Part shown: positions 21,012 to 34,330 of the stretch, in pieces | How positions within the stretch are numbered: position 1 is the stretch's first letter | Layout: every line of letters starts with the position of its first letter | Source: Magallana gigas | Lineage: Eukaryota | DNA: 64,000 nt | NCBI RefSeq assembly: GCF_963853765.1 | Contig: NC_088854.1 | Location: 23,374,001 to 23,438,000, forward strand | Direction of reading: 5' to 3' | Position numbers and translations under genes: made by a program | Notes under the pieces: model-generated | Database searches by the model: none | Seen by the model: only the letters and a program-made list of their open reading frames with translations | Told to the model about the DNA's origin: nothing

Positions 21012-22655
21012 GGAAATGTAAATCAGTGAAACAATCCGACGCAAACATGCGCGGCTCTCCACAGTTTTGTTTTTTTTTTTTGTTTTTTTTTTTGAAGGGG
21101 GGGGGGGGGGGCTTTTATCAGGTAACTTTACAATGGATTGAATTTTTTGTTTTCATGTTGTTTGTCATTTTTTTCATCGCGAGAAAAATGAATAACTTCA
21201 GGCTCCCGTGGTAAGACGCCAACTTTGACGTCTCTCTGTCGACTATAAGCGTTGCATAGACTTTCATTAAATGGGGATTGATAAATTAATTTCAATACCC
21301 TTTCTGGGGATTTCCATAAATCAAAGCAAAACTGCACATCGTATACGTTTTCGCATGCGCGGCCTTTTTTGTTCTTAGTTTAGAGATGCAAAGCGTCGCA
21401 TATATACAGCAGTCTGACAAGGTTAAGACTGTGTCTATTTTAAAATATTTTGTAGGTTCGAGCTTTTTCAAAACGTTTTCAACTGTGGCATTACTTTAAA
21501 AAGCTACGCCACATGTGCGCACATTATACTTCATATGAATTATTCAACGAATATTTTGAAATTGATACTTTGATTATTATGCAAATTTTGGTACATTCTA
21601 TCCCTTGTGGATGTACATAATAAATTAGTAAGCACTTTAACTGAAGGTAGTGTTTTATTTTTGTTTCTCTCAAGATTTCAATATGAAAGATATACAAAAT
21701 ATTTCACTTTCATCGTAACAAATCGGCTTTTAAAAGTAACAAGACATAAACGTTTCATTAAACAGTATCAAACGAACCAATATATTTTGCTCATATTAAT
21801 ATCATACAAGCACCATTCTTCTTGATCCATTCTTGTACAAAAGGTATACAAGTATGTAGATGTATCAGTGTTTGCTGGGCGTGACTCCATAAACATATCA
21901 ACTACTCCATAATCTAACCATTAATCTAACAAATGTCATGCTTCTTGATAAATTGATTATTCCTAGTAGGGATGTAAAAATGCATTGTTACATAAACAGC
22001 ATTGTATTGTGATGCACAGGTGTGTATAATGATAAATCAAATTGATGCATAAAGTAAAATTCCATTAATTTCTTTTATGCTACCTGAAAGTATGCATATC
22101 ATGTTTTCACATTTATATTTAAGTGCCTGCATTTGGGTACACAACAAATTCGGACTTCATTTATATTTAAAAAGAAATTTCATTGTTTTGATTTAATAGA
22201 TTTTTTAATTCAATGGTAGAAAGTATCGAATACAATTAGATATGAAAGATCTGTTCGGACACAATTTCTGAAATTCCGTTTTTCCTTTTTGATTTCAAAA
22301 AAATCATTACAGAGAAACATTCATTGTAAAAATGATATTTCATTATATTCTTCTGATCACAAATATTGCTCTCTTCCCACCCCCTTCACAATACAAAGGC
22401 CTTATTCTTCGAAGCTGATCACAAAGATCACTTTACTGGACATCACAAAAGGGTGCCTGATCTGAATCAAACTGGATGAAGCGATAAAACCCTGAAAATA
22501 TACAATAATTTTAGTGAACACTATATTAATAATAAAAAATATAATTATATCACACACACATAATCTGGTTATCACATTTCAAAAAGCATTTAAAAACAAG
22601 AATGATGATAGAATCCTCAATTATTACCGAACAAGTCTGTGGGTGTAGACAGGGC

Positions 22656-25523
22656 TTACATTTCTTTGGGGTGGTCCCCACTCTCCTCCCCGGCCAGCAA
22701 CACCTGTTGGTCAGAGAAGTCGTATTTAGCCGTGTAGTGGAAGGCAATGTTAGAAAATACTACCAGGTATTCACACAATGCAAAAATGGAGTAAACTGAA
22801 ACAGACAAAAAAAAATATTAGACATCCGTTTGCTACATATATTGATCATCATTATCTTTTAAAGGGACATTAAAACATGTCAAATTTTGTGGAAAATTGT
22901 GTTTTAAAGCTGCTAACACACTAAGGTCGTTTTCAAAAAAATTCATGATGCTTACAGTAATTCTATGATGATATTAAAGTAATAAGTAAAATCAGGTGAG
23001 CTAAAAGATAAATACATGTACTGAAGTCTTTCTCACCTCCTGTTTCACAATACCACTCATGTCGGAAAAATGTGTACACTGCTGTCAAAAACATGGCTAG
23101 ATTGAAGACAAACAGTCTCTTCTTATACTGGTACGACCTGACTTCCTGGCATTAATTATAATATTTCTATCAATTCTTGTTACAAGAAAAGCAATGTAAA
23201 TAAAAGTGTAAATATAAGAAAGCAAATTATGGAAAATGCATAAAAACTGTTCACTCACTGATTTGGTCATGACTCTGCCATTACTTTCATGACTCCATTT
23301 ATACAGTATACATGACAACAACATGTAAACCTCTGAACACACCATGAATACTATAAACATATTTTCGTGAACAGCTGAAAAAGAGATTTGTGTAGTAGGT
23401 AAATTAATAGAGAATGTACATCTCTGTAATATGAAATGAAATAGGATGTTCAATTCAAATCTAAAATTAAATTCACATGAAACTCTCAAAACGTGATTCT
23501 GAATGTCCTTTTAATGGTGACAGTATCTAATAACTCACTACCAGTTTATCAAATAAAGGCAATATGCATATGGTTAAAGATTCCCTGTAGAAATACTGAA
23601 TTTTAGAAATCTTAGATTGTAACAGATCCTATTATGCATTTGGCCATATAATAAAGGCTTTCCTGATAAATTTTGTTTAACAAACAATACATGTAATTTA
23701 AAATCCATTTTAGCTTAGTTTTAGCTTTCTCGAACTTACCATAATTATCAGTTGAGGAAACATAAGTTAGAGTCACTAATGCTGTATTCTCCAAAACATG
23801 CAAGAACACACACAGTCTAGCAAGATTTTTGTATAAAGTGTTTCTTGGACCCACATGAAAACTTGTATAGTAACCAAAATATGCAAAAGCAAACAAGAAT
23901 CTTGGTGCTGCATGAAGAGCTATACATATTCTCCATATATATTTCTGGGGAGCATATCCTCCAATTGCTGAACTAATGGACGGAAGATAATTAGCTATCT
24001 GCAATTAAAAAATAACCATAAGTTAGTAAGTAAAATTACGGTAGTCAAAACATTTCAGATCTAGATATTAGTTGAATCCCCAAATTTTACTCTTAATAGT
24101 TTTATTTTCATTTAATATTACCAACAGTGTTATCTGATTTAATCAGATCTGTCACTTATGGTATTGGGTTCATTCGTCCTATCTACCTGTTCGCCTGAGC
24201 CCGTTCACCCATAGTCTCTGTGCTCTAATTATTGTTCCCCTAGACCTTGTTCGCTCCACCTAAACCTCATTCATAAACCATATCATTTTAAGAGAAAAAT
24301 CTTTATTTCATTTACGGTACTCTGAACATTTTCAATGATAAATTTTATTTTACTTTTAAGCCACACCAATATCATTTCTTGTTCGTTGGACATCCAGTAA
24401 AAAAAAGGTACGAGTGGGCGAGCGATTAAATAATAAAATTATTATTCATTATTGGGCTAATTGCTTGATTTTATTGCCATATATTATAGATAACTCTCAT
24501 GTTTGGTTTTTTTTTTTTTTTACGGTTTGCTTGATGTTTTAAAACAGTTTAAAAAAATTGAGACATTAATTTGCCCACTTTGAAGGGGAGAAGCGGATCA
24601 GCACCTATTACATCTTTGAAGAATTTATATACCCATGCAAGCACAACACAATTAATCATTTAATTTCTAAATGACATATATACGTAGAGGGAACTGTATC
24701 AAACTGTCCAAGGGCAAACGGAAACTAAGGTGAACGGAAACTAAGGTGAACGGCATCAAGGGTGAACACATTTTACTGCAAACGAACATATTACATTTAT
24801 CATTTGCAAGACACAAACCATTAATTAAACAATCACTTACTATGCTAAATCGCTTCATGCATGAGCATCTACATTTTTAATTTAGGAGTGTCATTATTTT
24901 GTAGACATGTACAGGGTTGTCTCTAAAAATTGAAGTAAAAGGAAGAAAGCGTAGTGCGAGTTAGAGGGTTCGCTGCGAATTTGTAAGTCATGAGTTTGAA
25001 TCCTGCTAGGGTTTTTAAAAAATTTCTTTTCCACACTTTTTAAAAACGTATTTCTTGGCTACATAATGTAAAGTTCGAAAATTCGATACTAGTGAAAGTA
25101 TTTTAATTATATGTACTTTAATCCACATTAATATCCACAGAAGTCCCGCACCACCTTAATATTTACTCAGGAAGTTACTGTAACTATTGCACTAAAAGTC
25201 TAAAACAGATTAGGGTTAAAGGGAAGTTATGGCAATGTACGATAAAATATTGTTGAATTCGATGAAGTATTTTTTTTTTTATAATTTACTCATTTTAATT
25301 AGTCTTTGCTTAATCAGAAGTGGCAAGAGGAAATTCGGGTTTCCTGGCTTACTGCATACGATTCTCCTATTATACTTACCCGACAATGCGTCCATGTTGA
25401 TTCCTTAAAATTCAGTAAGATCGATAAAACGATACAAGTTAAAGCTCCTAATAAGGGTAAGAGGGCAACAACTGTCACTAAAAGGGAAAAATTTACATTG
25501 AAAAGTGATTGTTGTCGACGCAT
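22656..25523 (-). CDS. PGAP2: PGAP2 paralog b, 255 aa
   Basis: Exons 25523-25380, 23998-23740, 23374-23259, 23145-23037, 22795-22656 with GT-AG introns, 768 nt. Motifs [61 protein letters not shown]. Confidence 0.92.
24166..24767. mobile_element. Degraded TIR element with short GTTCACCC-type subterminal repeats, in PGAP2b intron 1
   Basis: Left cluster of GTTCGCC/GTTCACCC/GTTCCCC. Right cluster GGGCAAAC, GGTGAAC x3, including a 16-bp tandem ACGGAAACTAAGGTGA. Confidence 0.4.
24950..25159 (+). mobile_element. Partial copy of the TTAA-ended MITE with a tRNA-like segment
   Basis: GTAAGTCATGAGTTTGAATCCTGCTAGGG and right end GTCCCGCACCACCTTAA, homologous to 9916-10234. Confidence 0.55.
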
Positions 25524-25535
25524 GGTTGACGGAAG

Positions 25536-26704
25536 GAATTACAGTGAAGTCGTACCCAAACCCACTCGCACCCAAACAAACTCGTACTCAAATGGTCCGG
25601 TCGTACCCAAAACTGAGTGGTTCACTCGCACCCAAATATTTGAGTACGACTTCACTAGTCAACTCGTACCCACGGTATTTTTTGGCGTTTGCTTTAAACT
25701 TTGTTGTTTTGTATTAGATGCATGTCTGTAGCTCTAATTCGGAAAAAAATTTCCATCCACATTTGTTCAGATCGGGAGCTACCGACATGCAGCTAGTTTT
25801 GTATGTACTTATAAACAGTTATATACTTCAATAATACGCTCACATGTGTATTTGTTGTAGTTCTATGTCAATTTGAATAATTAGCCTAAATAATAATTTC
25901 ATCTCCGGGGGTTTGCAAAGTTTTTTAAAATTAATATATAATATATTAAACTAGTGTCTATTTCAGTTTAAAAAGGATTTTAGACTATTTCTCTTAAACA
26001 TATAATATGACAGCTAGTTTTGTATGTACTTAAACAGTTATATACTTCAGTAATACGCTCACATGTGTATTTGTTGTAGTTCTATGTCATATACATATAA
26101 TGTTTAATAATAAAAACTTCCAAAAGTGATGAAAATGTGTTTTTCTTCTTAATTTCTTCTTAATTATGAGCAGCATGTTTATTTTGTGCTGACAAACTCA
26201 TTGGTTGATCGGTTGAACGGAATCACATAAAGCAATTAATTTTAATTGATGATAGTTAACCTGCTCATAATCATTCTTTGATCCGTCCGCATCAGAACTA
26301 GATTGTACTAGATTTTTATAACAAATTCTTTCAAATTAGTTATACAATTTGCATATTAATGTTATCGATAATATACAAGACATAACAACATACGAATAAA
26401 AGCCATTCATTTTATTTTCTTATAATAAATATAGATCTGCCCGTATTCAAATACACTGAGATCTAGGATAAAACATAACTAAAAAACATAACAAAATATG
26501 AATGAATATGAATGAAAACTATTGTATTTTATTTTCTTATGACTTAGTATAAATATATTTTTTCCCGTGGGTACGAGTTCACTAGTGAAGTCGTACTCAA
26601 ATATTTGGGTGCGAGTGAACCACTCAGTTTTGGGTACGACCGGACCATTTGAGTACGAGTTTGTTTGGGTGCGAGTCGGGTTGGGTACGACTTCACTTGA
26701 TTCC
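25536..26704. mobile_element. Mutator/foldback-like non-autonomous element A (140-bp TIRs, 8-bp target duplication GACGGAAG)
   Basis: TIRs 25536-25675 and 26565-26704, nearly identical, built from repeated (A/G)(C/G)TCG(T/C)AC(C/T)CA motifs. GACGGAAG at 25528-25535 and 26705-26712. Confidence 0.88.
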
Positions 26705-26720
26705 GACGGAAGTAAATAAA

Positions 26721-27426
26721 GAATTACAGTCAAGTCTTACCCAACCCAACTCGCACCCAAACCAACTCGTACCCAAATATTTGAGTACGACTTCACTAGT
26801 CAACTCGTACCCACGGGGAAAAATATACTTATACTAGGAAAATAAAATGAATGGCTTTTATTCGTATGTTGTTATGTTTTGTATATTATCGATAACATTA
26901 ATATGCTAATTGTACAACAAATTTAAAAGAATTTGTTATAAAAATCTGGTATACTATAATTCTATACTTGAATGCGGACGGATTAAAGAATGATTATGAG
27001 CAGGTTAACTATCATCAATTAAAATTAAAATTAATTGCTTTATGTGATTCCGTTCAAAATAAACATGCTGCTCATAATTAAGAAGAAACACACATTTTCA
27101 TCACTTTTGGAAGATCAACATGGTTCGAGAGAGGTGTGTTTCCTGCAAGAAAATGGTAAGTAAATCACTATATTAGATATTGTTTTATAATTAAAACATA
27201 TTTTTTTGAGTAATCAAATGGATTAGGCAACAGGCAAAGTTAATTTAAAGTTAAATAAAACATAAATAAAAAACATAACATATTAATGAGAACTATTGTA
27301 TTTTATTTTCCTAGTATAAATATATTTTTCCCGTGGGTACGAGTTGACTAGTGAAGTCGTACTCAAATATTTGGGTACGAGTTGGTTTGGGTGCGAGTCG
27401 GGTTGGGTACGACTTAACTTGATTCC
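26721..27426. mobile_element. Mutator/foldback-like non-autonomous element B, same family (9-bp target duplication GTAAATAAA)
   Basis: TIRs start GAATTACAGTCAAG and end CTTAACTTGATTCC. GTAAATAAA at 26712-26720 and 27427-27435. Interior ~26837-27114 is an inverted copy of ~26117-26420 in element A. Confidence 0.88.
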
Positions 27427-27706
27427 GTAAATAAAAAAATTTAAGTCTTTAAAACGTTTATAGATTCGTTTAAAATCTCGTTCATTAACTCAAGCACCTT
27501 GTCGACATAGATCTCATAACATAACGGCCTTGACATTTCAACGTGTAAACATTTCTGAAATCATTTCAGAGAAAGACAGAAAAGGCAAAATGATGTCTTT
27601 TCAGTCGATTGTCAGCTGTTTTCGGATCCAGTTTTCATAACGTATTATCCATTTTTCAGAAGTTTATGGCTTTGTTTTATTTCTTAACCTGACCATAGTT
27701 TAAAAA

Positions 27707-30700
27707 ATGTCAAAACTAAGTCAACAAGACAGGAAAGACTTGGAGAAATTTACTAAATTTTTGATTTATAAAAGTCTACAAATAATTGTGCAATCAAGGC
27801 TAGGGGAGAAGATCCAAGCAAAGTCTAAACCATTTTCTTCAGGAGCAGATTGGGTAAATTTATATTGATAATCTTTTTAAATTTTATGTGTTGCATATGT
27901 TCATTGCTGGTTTTTAACACATTTAAGCTTTTGATATTAATGCCTGATAAAATAAACAATCATTCTCTATATTTATTGCATTAAGTATGTGAAGTACAAG
28001 GCATACAAAATTGATGTTTTGTTTGCATCAATATGATTTTTGTATTCTAAACCACATGCATGCATACAATATTAGAATTAACTAAATTGTAATGAATATT
28101 TTGTGGTTTAAAATACAGGTAATATTTGCAATTAATATTGTATGTTTTAGTTTAACCTGGCCATAAAAGATATAGCTGAAGTGCATAATGAAACAAAGAA
28201 GGCTTTAGTCAGTCAGACAGCTCTATTAAGTCAAAATGTTTGTGTGGAAATTTCTCTCAAGACATCAGAAGGGGACTCCATGGTACTGGAAACCTGGTAC
28301 ATAGGATTGAACAAAGAGACTTGTGATGTAAATGCCAGGATCTCATACACAGTATACAATCGAATGGGTATTGCACTAAAGACATTGTTCAGTATTTCCA
28401 GAGTCACTCCAGCGTACAAACTTTCCCGACAGCAAGGAGCTAATGCTGATGAGTATGTGATATGCTACCGGTTTTACCAAGGAGATCCCCAGTTTTTCAT
28501 GCTAGGAGACAATTATCAGACTATAAAGGTTGGTTCTGTGCCAACACCTGTTGGGACCATCTACATCAATCTGGCATACAGAACAAAACTATTAATAACA
28601 CCTCAAAAATCCTGCAAGGCAATTCCCATTGAAGTGAAGGATGATCATTTTAAGAAAGACAACAGTCCAAGACGACCAACTACTCCCAAACCATGCTCAT
28701 TGGGCTTTAGAAGGTATTATGATATTTTGTGTCACAAACAAAAATATATATATTATATGCCTGGAAAAAAGATACCTTTTACTTTGCTTTTCCAACCAAA
28801 ATAGTACCTTGGTAAAATATTGAACTTAATACTTTCCCTTCTTTGTAACTTGGCTGGTTGGAGTAGTTGCCACATTGCTATATGTTTTCATCCAGTTACA
28901 ATGTAATTTAAATCAAATCTTTCACATTCAATTCTGTATCATAATATGTCCATCTGTGAAATCTAACAGCATCTTGTCAAAAATGAGGCACAAACTTCTA
29001 CATATTATTATGAAGATAGTGCCACAATTTCTCATTTTTTACATTTCTGGTGACTCAGACTAGTCTCCATTACACCCCTAAAATATAGAATTGTGTGATA
29101 TCTGTTCTAAATGCAATTCTTTCATGAATAATGAACTCCAACGAGAGCACAAATTCCACCTAGCATCCATATCATAAACATATTCTAAGATACATGTTAC
29201 ATGCACTTTACAATGAATTTGTGTGGTTCACCAAGGCCTTTTTTAATTTTCTTTAAATAGAAACACACGTCAGAATTCCCAGCCAAAGTTACTTTGAGAT
29301 TTTCCTGTACAATCTATTAAAATATCCACACAGGAACATACATGTTTGACAATTTGGCAGCATATACAATCTAATTTTTAGGCAGAGCTCTTAAATGGTA
29401 TAATGAATTAGCATTAATTAAGAAAAATTAAGATTCTAGATAATTTTAGCCGGAAAACTTGTTTTTCCTAACTATAGGTAAAAATTTCATGAACTTCAGA
29501 TGGTTAAGATTAGGGGAATATTCCTAGGGAATTTATAAGCTTCAAGGTTGGATTCATCCCAACAATGTTAACTTTAGTGTTTTTATGCATGTGTTGCTAT
29601 AAAAATGTAACACTTGGTAGCAAGAAATTGATAAACAGACACACTTATTCATTTGATGCAGTCAGAAAGACAATTCTCAAGAATCGGTAATGTTGTACAC
29701 CTACAAGTGTATAAAGTATGGTAAATGTATAATGTATATCTATTGTTTATGCTATCATCATGATTATAAAAGTAATTGATAGGCAGGATGTATATACAAG
29801 ATCTGTTATCAGCCTTCAGTCAGACATAAGATAATACTTAAAACCTCAGAGCACTTGTCTTTGCATCAAACCAGGAAACAGTGTCACAAAAAGGAAGTAG
29901 GATGCAGTGATAATGCAAACAAAATGTCAAACACAAAGTGTATGAATGCACATGTATTATTAGTTTTCAAAATTCCAAAAAGAAGAAAAATAAATTTCCT
30001 TAATTAATTATATTAATGAAACTAATTAATATTTCTTCATAATTGTAGTTTTAGTTTTAAGATAACGATTTATAATTTTACACTATACATGTACTTAGTG
30101 TTTTTTGTGTTGATGACAAATATATATTAATTAAATATCATAAGACATGTATGATATATATCGATCATGCAAGTGGACTATTTCAAGCATATGATGACAT
30201 AACTTCATGTGAGTTTTTGTAATTGAATTATCATTATGATTGATTGAATATAATGAGAATATCCAGTGTCGGGGAAAAAACCAACAAGTTTACAATGTTA
30301 CAGTAACTACTTTTTTACCATTTTTTTAATTACGAAACATATATTTTTATTAGACATTAAAACAGCTTTGTTTTGGTTTATACCAGAAACAGTACATCGG
30401 AGGATTTGTTTGGGGATGGTGTTGATGGACAAGACCTGTGTTCCACCACCTTCGACAACAGTCCAGGGGAAGCCTTCCTCCTCGGCATGACACAGCACGG
30501 ACTGGTGCCACCCAACATACAGCAGAAGACAGCCCTCAAAACAGACAACAGGGAGAATAATGAGGCTCCCAAAAAACAGGAAAAGTAGGGAATTTGAAAG
30601 TCTTTTTTCTTTTTTCTTTTTTAACTTGTATTGAATTGACATCCATAAAATTGTCTCTTGTTTGATTTTTTTGAAGGTGTATGATAATTTAAAGTTTAAT

Positions 30701-32570
30701 TAATTAAATAATTTTAATTTTAGTCCATTTCTGTCTTACCATGAATAATCTTGGGTTTTTAAATTCCATTCATAGTGTTGAAAAGCAGCTCAGTTTCACT
30801 TCGTACCAAAAAGTTGGGGCATTTGCTCAGAATAGAAATTCCAAGGAAATCAACAATACTGACTTAGAAGACGTACCATTCCTAAACTTGCTGCAAGCGG
30901 AGGGCAAATCTGAAGTTAAGATGACAGTGCAAAGAGAACTGCAAAATGATATCGAATCTAATGAACAAGTCTCCAGTAATAAGTCGGAGGAAGAAAAAAG
31001 TTTGGAACAGGCCCTATCACCCTCAGAAAGTATATCTAGTAACACATCTGCCCCAGATGACTTTGTTATGGTGGAATTGGTAAGTTTCAAATTTCTAACA
31101 CACAGTTATATTTGTAGATGTGTTCTGAAAAAATTGCATGGCATAAATGTATTGAAAATGAGGTAGAAATGATTCAATGAATGTAAAACATGTTCAACTG
31201 TAATATGAAATATTATGGAAATCGTGATTTTGCTGTGCACCTATTTTTAACTTTTTACTCACCTGAGCTGAATGCTAAAGTGAGCTTTTCTGATCAAAAT
31301 TTGTCCATTGTCTGTCGTCGTTGGCAGTGTTGTCGTTGTTGTTAACTTTTCACACTTTCATCTTCATCTCCAGAATCACTGGGCAGATTTCAACCAAACT
31401 TGGCACAAAGCATTACTTGGTGAAAGGGATTAAAATTTGTTCAAATGAATGGCCACACCCTTTTTTAAGGGGAGATAATTTAGAATTATTGAAAATTTGT
31501 TGGTATTTTTCAAAAATCTTCTTCTAAAAAACTGTTTGGCCAGAAAAGCTGTAACTTGTTTGGAAGCATCCTCAGGTAGTGTTGATTCAAGTTTGTTAAA
31601 ATCATGGTCCCTGGGGGTTGGGCGGGGCTACAATGGGGGATGAATTTTTACATAAGAAGAATGTATAGAGAAAATCTTTAAAAATCTTCTTCTTAAAAAC
31701 TATTAGGCCAGGAAAGCTTAAACTTGTGTGGAAGCATCCTCAGATAGTGTAGATTCAAGTTTGTTTAAATCATGGTCCCTGGAGGTAGTGTGGGCCACAA
31801 TGGGGGATGCATTTTTACATACATGTAGGAATATAAAGAGAAAATCTTTAAAAATATTCTAGGAAAGTTTTTAGTTAAAAAGCAGTAACTGTGTGAAAGC
31901 ATGGGTTGTGCAGATTAAAATTTGATCAGACCATTATTCCCTAGAAAAAAGTGGGGCCATAAAGGGGAGGGGGGGGTTATATAGGAATAGAGAAAAATCT
32001 TCTTACAGCTACAGCAACACAAGGGGCTTTATATTTACCATAAAAATATGTGGATAGAAATTGGCAGATTTTTTAAATTTTTTGAGCAAGATCTACAGTA
32101 ACTGTACTTAGTTGTCAAGATATTTTGGTTTTGATACTGTAGTGCTAATTTGATCAGAGTTAAGGCAATTGTTGCTCAGGTTAGCGATGTGGCCCCTTGG
32201 CCTCTTGTTTGTTATAGTGTTAAAATATTTTTGAAGACGTTCATGATTTTCTGGGACAACCCTCAAATATAACCATGAATTAAAAAAATTTTAAATGAAT
32301 TAACTTTTCCCATTGATGCATTAGAATTTTTCAACCTGAATCTGCTCATTTTTACAGAAAACCCCATTTGCTGGAGCAGATCCAAACCAAGACTTGGGGA
32401 AATTTTATAGAGAATGTCAAGGGGCTCCACAGCTGACTATGTGTAGTGGTGAAACCAATGTCACGGAGGCACTAGCAGAAATTTCTAGTCAGATACAAAT
32501 GTTCGAGTCCAACATAGAAGGATTTGATGACTTTGTCACTTCTATCACTGAAAGTGTTACTGTGGAATAG
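27707..32570 (+). CDS. ATG13: Autophagy-related protein 13, ~474 aa
   Basis: Exons 27707-27853, 28151-28713, 30387-30584, 30776-31079, 32358-32570, 1425 nt in frame. HORMA N-terminus (QDRKDLEKFTKF...IVQSRLGEK...DWFNLAIKD...CVEISLKTSEGDSM), LIR motif DDFVMV, C-terminal KTPFA...DLGKFYRECQGAP. Confidence 0.95.
31252..32210 (-). mobile_element. HINE with Cg170-like monomers in ATG13 intron 4, same family as 2368-3853
   Basis: Reverse-complement termini TTTTTACTCACCTGAGCTGAA and GCGATGTGGCCCCTTGGCCTCTTGTTT. About 2-3 internal monomers. Confidence 0.9.
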
Positions 32571-33344
32571 ACCCAATAGACAAGTTTTGTGATTCTTAAG
32601 AAGTATAAATTTATATTTGTCAACAGCACTATCATTCCTTTTAACAATATTCTTCATAACATAGTGATACTCATGAATATTTTAACTCCAATGGGTTTCA
32701 TCAATTACATTGTATTTGCCAGTCTTAAATTGTCATTGTATAAGGTAATATGGTGAACATAATGAAAGTCACTGTAAAGTTTTTATTTGCCAGACATTGC
32801 CTAAATAAAATGGTTATTTTATAAAGGGAAAACAGCAGTTTACACCCATTGACCCTTCGGTGACCTTGCAAAGGGAAATATTTTTTGTTAATGTTGGAAA
32901 GTCATCTGTTGAGAAATTTGAGTGTCATTGCTTTACATGTGATAATTTGAAATGTACAAATGTATTCTAGTCTGTGAGTTGATGAACATGTATTAACCTT
33001 CTATCTGTAAAATTTTGCGTATTTTTATAGGTATTGGACTCTACGTATGAGATAGCCTCATCCAAAAATACACAGTCAGTACGACACAAAATTACAGATA
33101 CATTTGATATTTATACTAGGATACATTTATTAATAATTTGATAAATATTAAGTAAAAAATATTGTTATAATCAGAAATTGTAAATATTTCATAATGAAAA
33201 AATACATCAAACATCATATTTTTTGTAGTTTTTTGCATCATATACTAAGGTACAAGTATATAGGTGTCAAATGATATCTTGTGTATTACAACAAAACCTA
33301 AAAAGACCTATTCCAGCCAAAATATGAATACTAAGGAATCACTT

Positions 33345-33549
33345 CAACTTGTAGTGACCCAATTTTCACAGTATTTGTGGGTAGCCCTCACCCACAAATT
33401 TACATCCTTGACAAGACTAATACATGAAATGGAAGATATAGTTTTCCTACTGAAAAATGATGCATCCAAGAAATAACATTTCGATGAATAAGCAAAAAAC
33501 CCACAATCCACAAAAATTGGCCGCCACAAAATTAAATGATTCCACAGTA
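33345..33549 (-). mobile_element. Partial TACTGTGG-ended MITE
   Basis: Right end AAATGATTCCACAGTA resembles the termini of 59890-60101. Confidence 0.45.
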
Positions 33550-34127
33550 GGTTGGTAAACTTTTTCTTTCTTATATTCAAACTTGGCTTGCCAAGCAAGC
33601 ATTCATGAAATGTCAAATACACTTTTTAAAGTTTTTTTTGTGATTTAGCAGTGACTACCAATTATCTGCATTTGGATGTACAACCTGGGTCCCAGGTATA
33701 GCCCATGAAAATTTGTTCAGATTATGAGCTACAGACCTGCAGCTAACTATACCAGTAAAATAGATATGTAAGTCAAAATGATTGTATATGGTACTGCAAT
33801 GGGAGAAAATGTCGACCTAAGGGTTTGCTCACACAATGTCAAGTCCATTAGGAAACTTGATACACACTATATGTGTATTTATTTTGAGACGTTTGCAAAT
33901 GAGCAAATGTTTATTTATGCTACATGGATATTTGTGCTCAGATGCGAAATCGTAAATGATTTGCTATCTCTTTTTAAGGGATAAAAATCTTGAGAGATTC
34001 TGTTATACATATTATTTTGGAACATTTTTCAGATGTTTTTGTATTGCTGTGTGTTCATATGACATGTAGTTTTGCCCTATTTTACACAAACCACGTACTG
34101 ACTTCAAAGATTGACTTTATCCACTTC

Positions 34128-34330
34128 AGGAGGCAGGATGGTCAAGAAATTAACCATCTACCTTAAATTTTAAGATATGGTTTGTTCAGCCACATGTATA
34201 AACTACCTGTATTTTTTAATCAGAAAAAAATCCATAAATTTTACCTTTAAAATTTGGATATTTCACTATATTCTTGTCTTGAAATCTTCTTATTAAGGAG
34301 ATTAATACAGTCTAAAAATGGCCTCTTAAG
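34128..34330. mobile_element. Uninterrupted copy of the MITE that hosts the 13702-15174 element
   Basis: GGAGGCAGGATGGTCAAGAAATTAACCATCTACCTTAAATTTT ... TTAAGGAGATTAATACAGTCTAAAAATGGCCTCTTAA. Confidence 0.6.

Noticed and set aside
25306-26837. ORFs sharing the peptide VVPKPTRTQTNSYSNGPVVPKTEWFTRTQIFEYDFTS
   Set aside because: The identical peptides come from the two inverted TIR copies, not from a gene family.
25541-27420. Short repeated motifs that could suggest a CRISPR-like array
   Set aside because: The repeats are subterminal TIR motifs without unique regular spacers, the context is eukaryotic, and no cas genes are present.
29662-29686. Possible 25-nt ATG13 micro-exon (CAG|TCAGAAAGACAATTCTCAAGAATCG|GTAATG)
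   Set aside because: It changes phase from 2 to 0 and I found no convincing compensating exon. The flanking exons already join in frame. RNA-seq would be needed.
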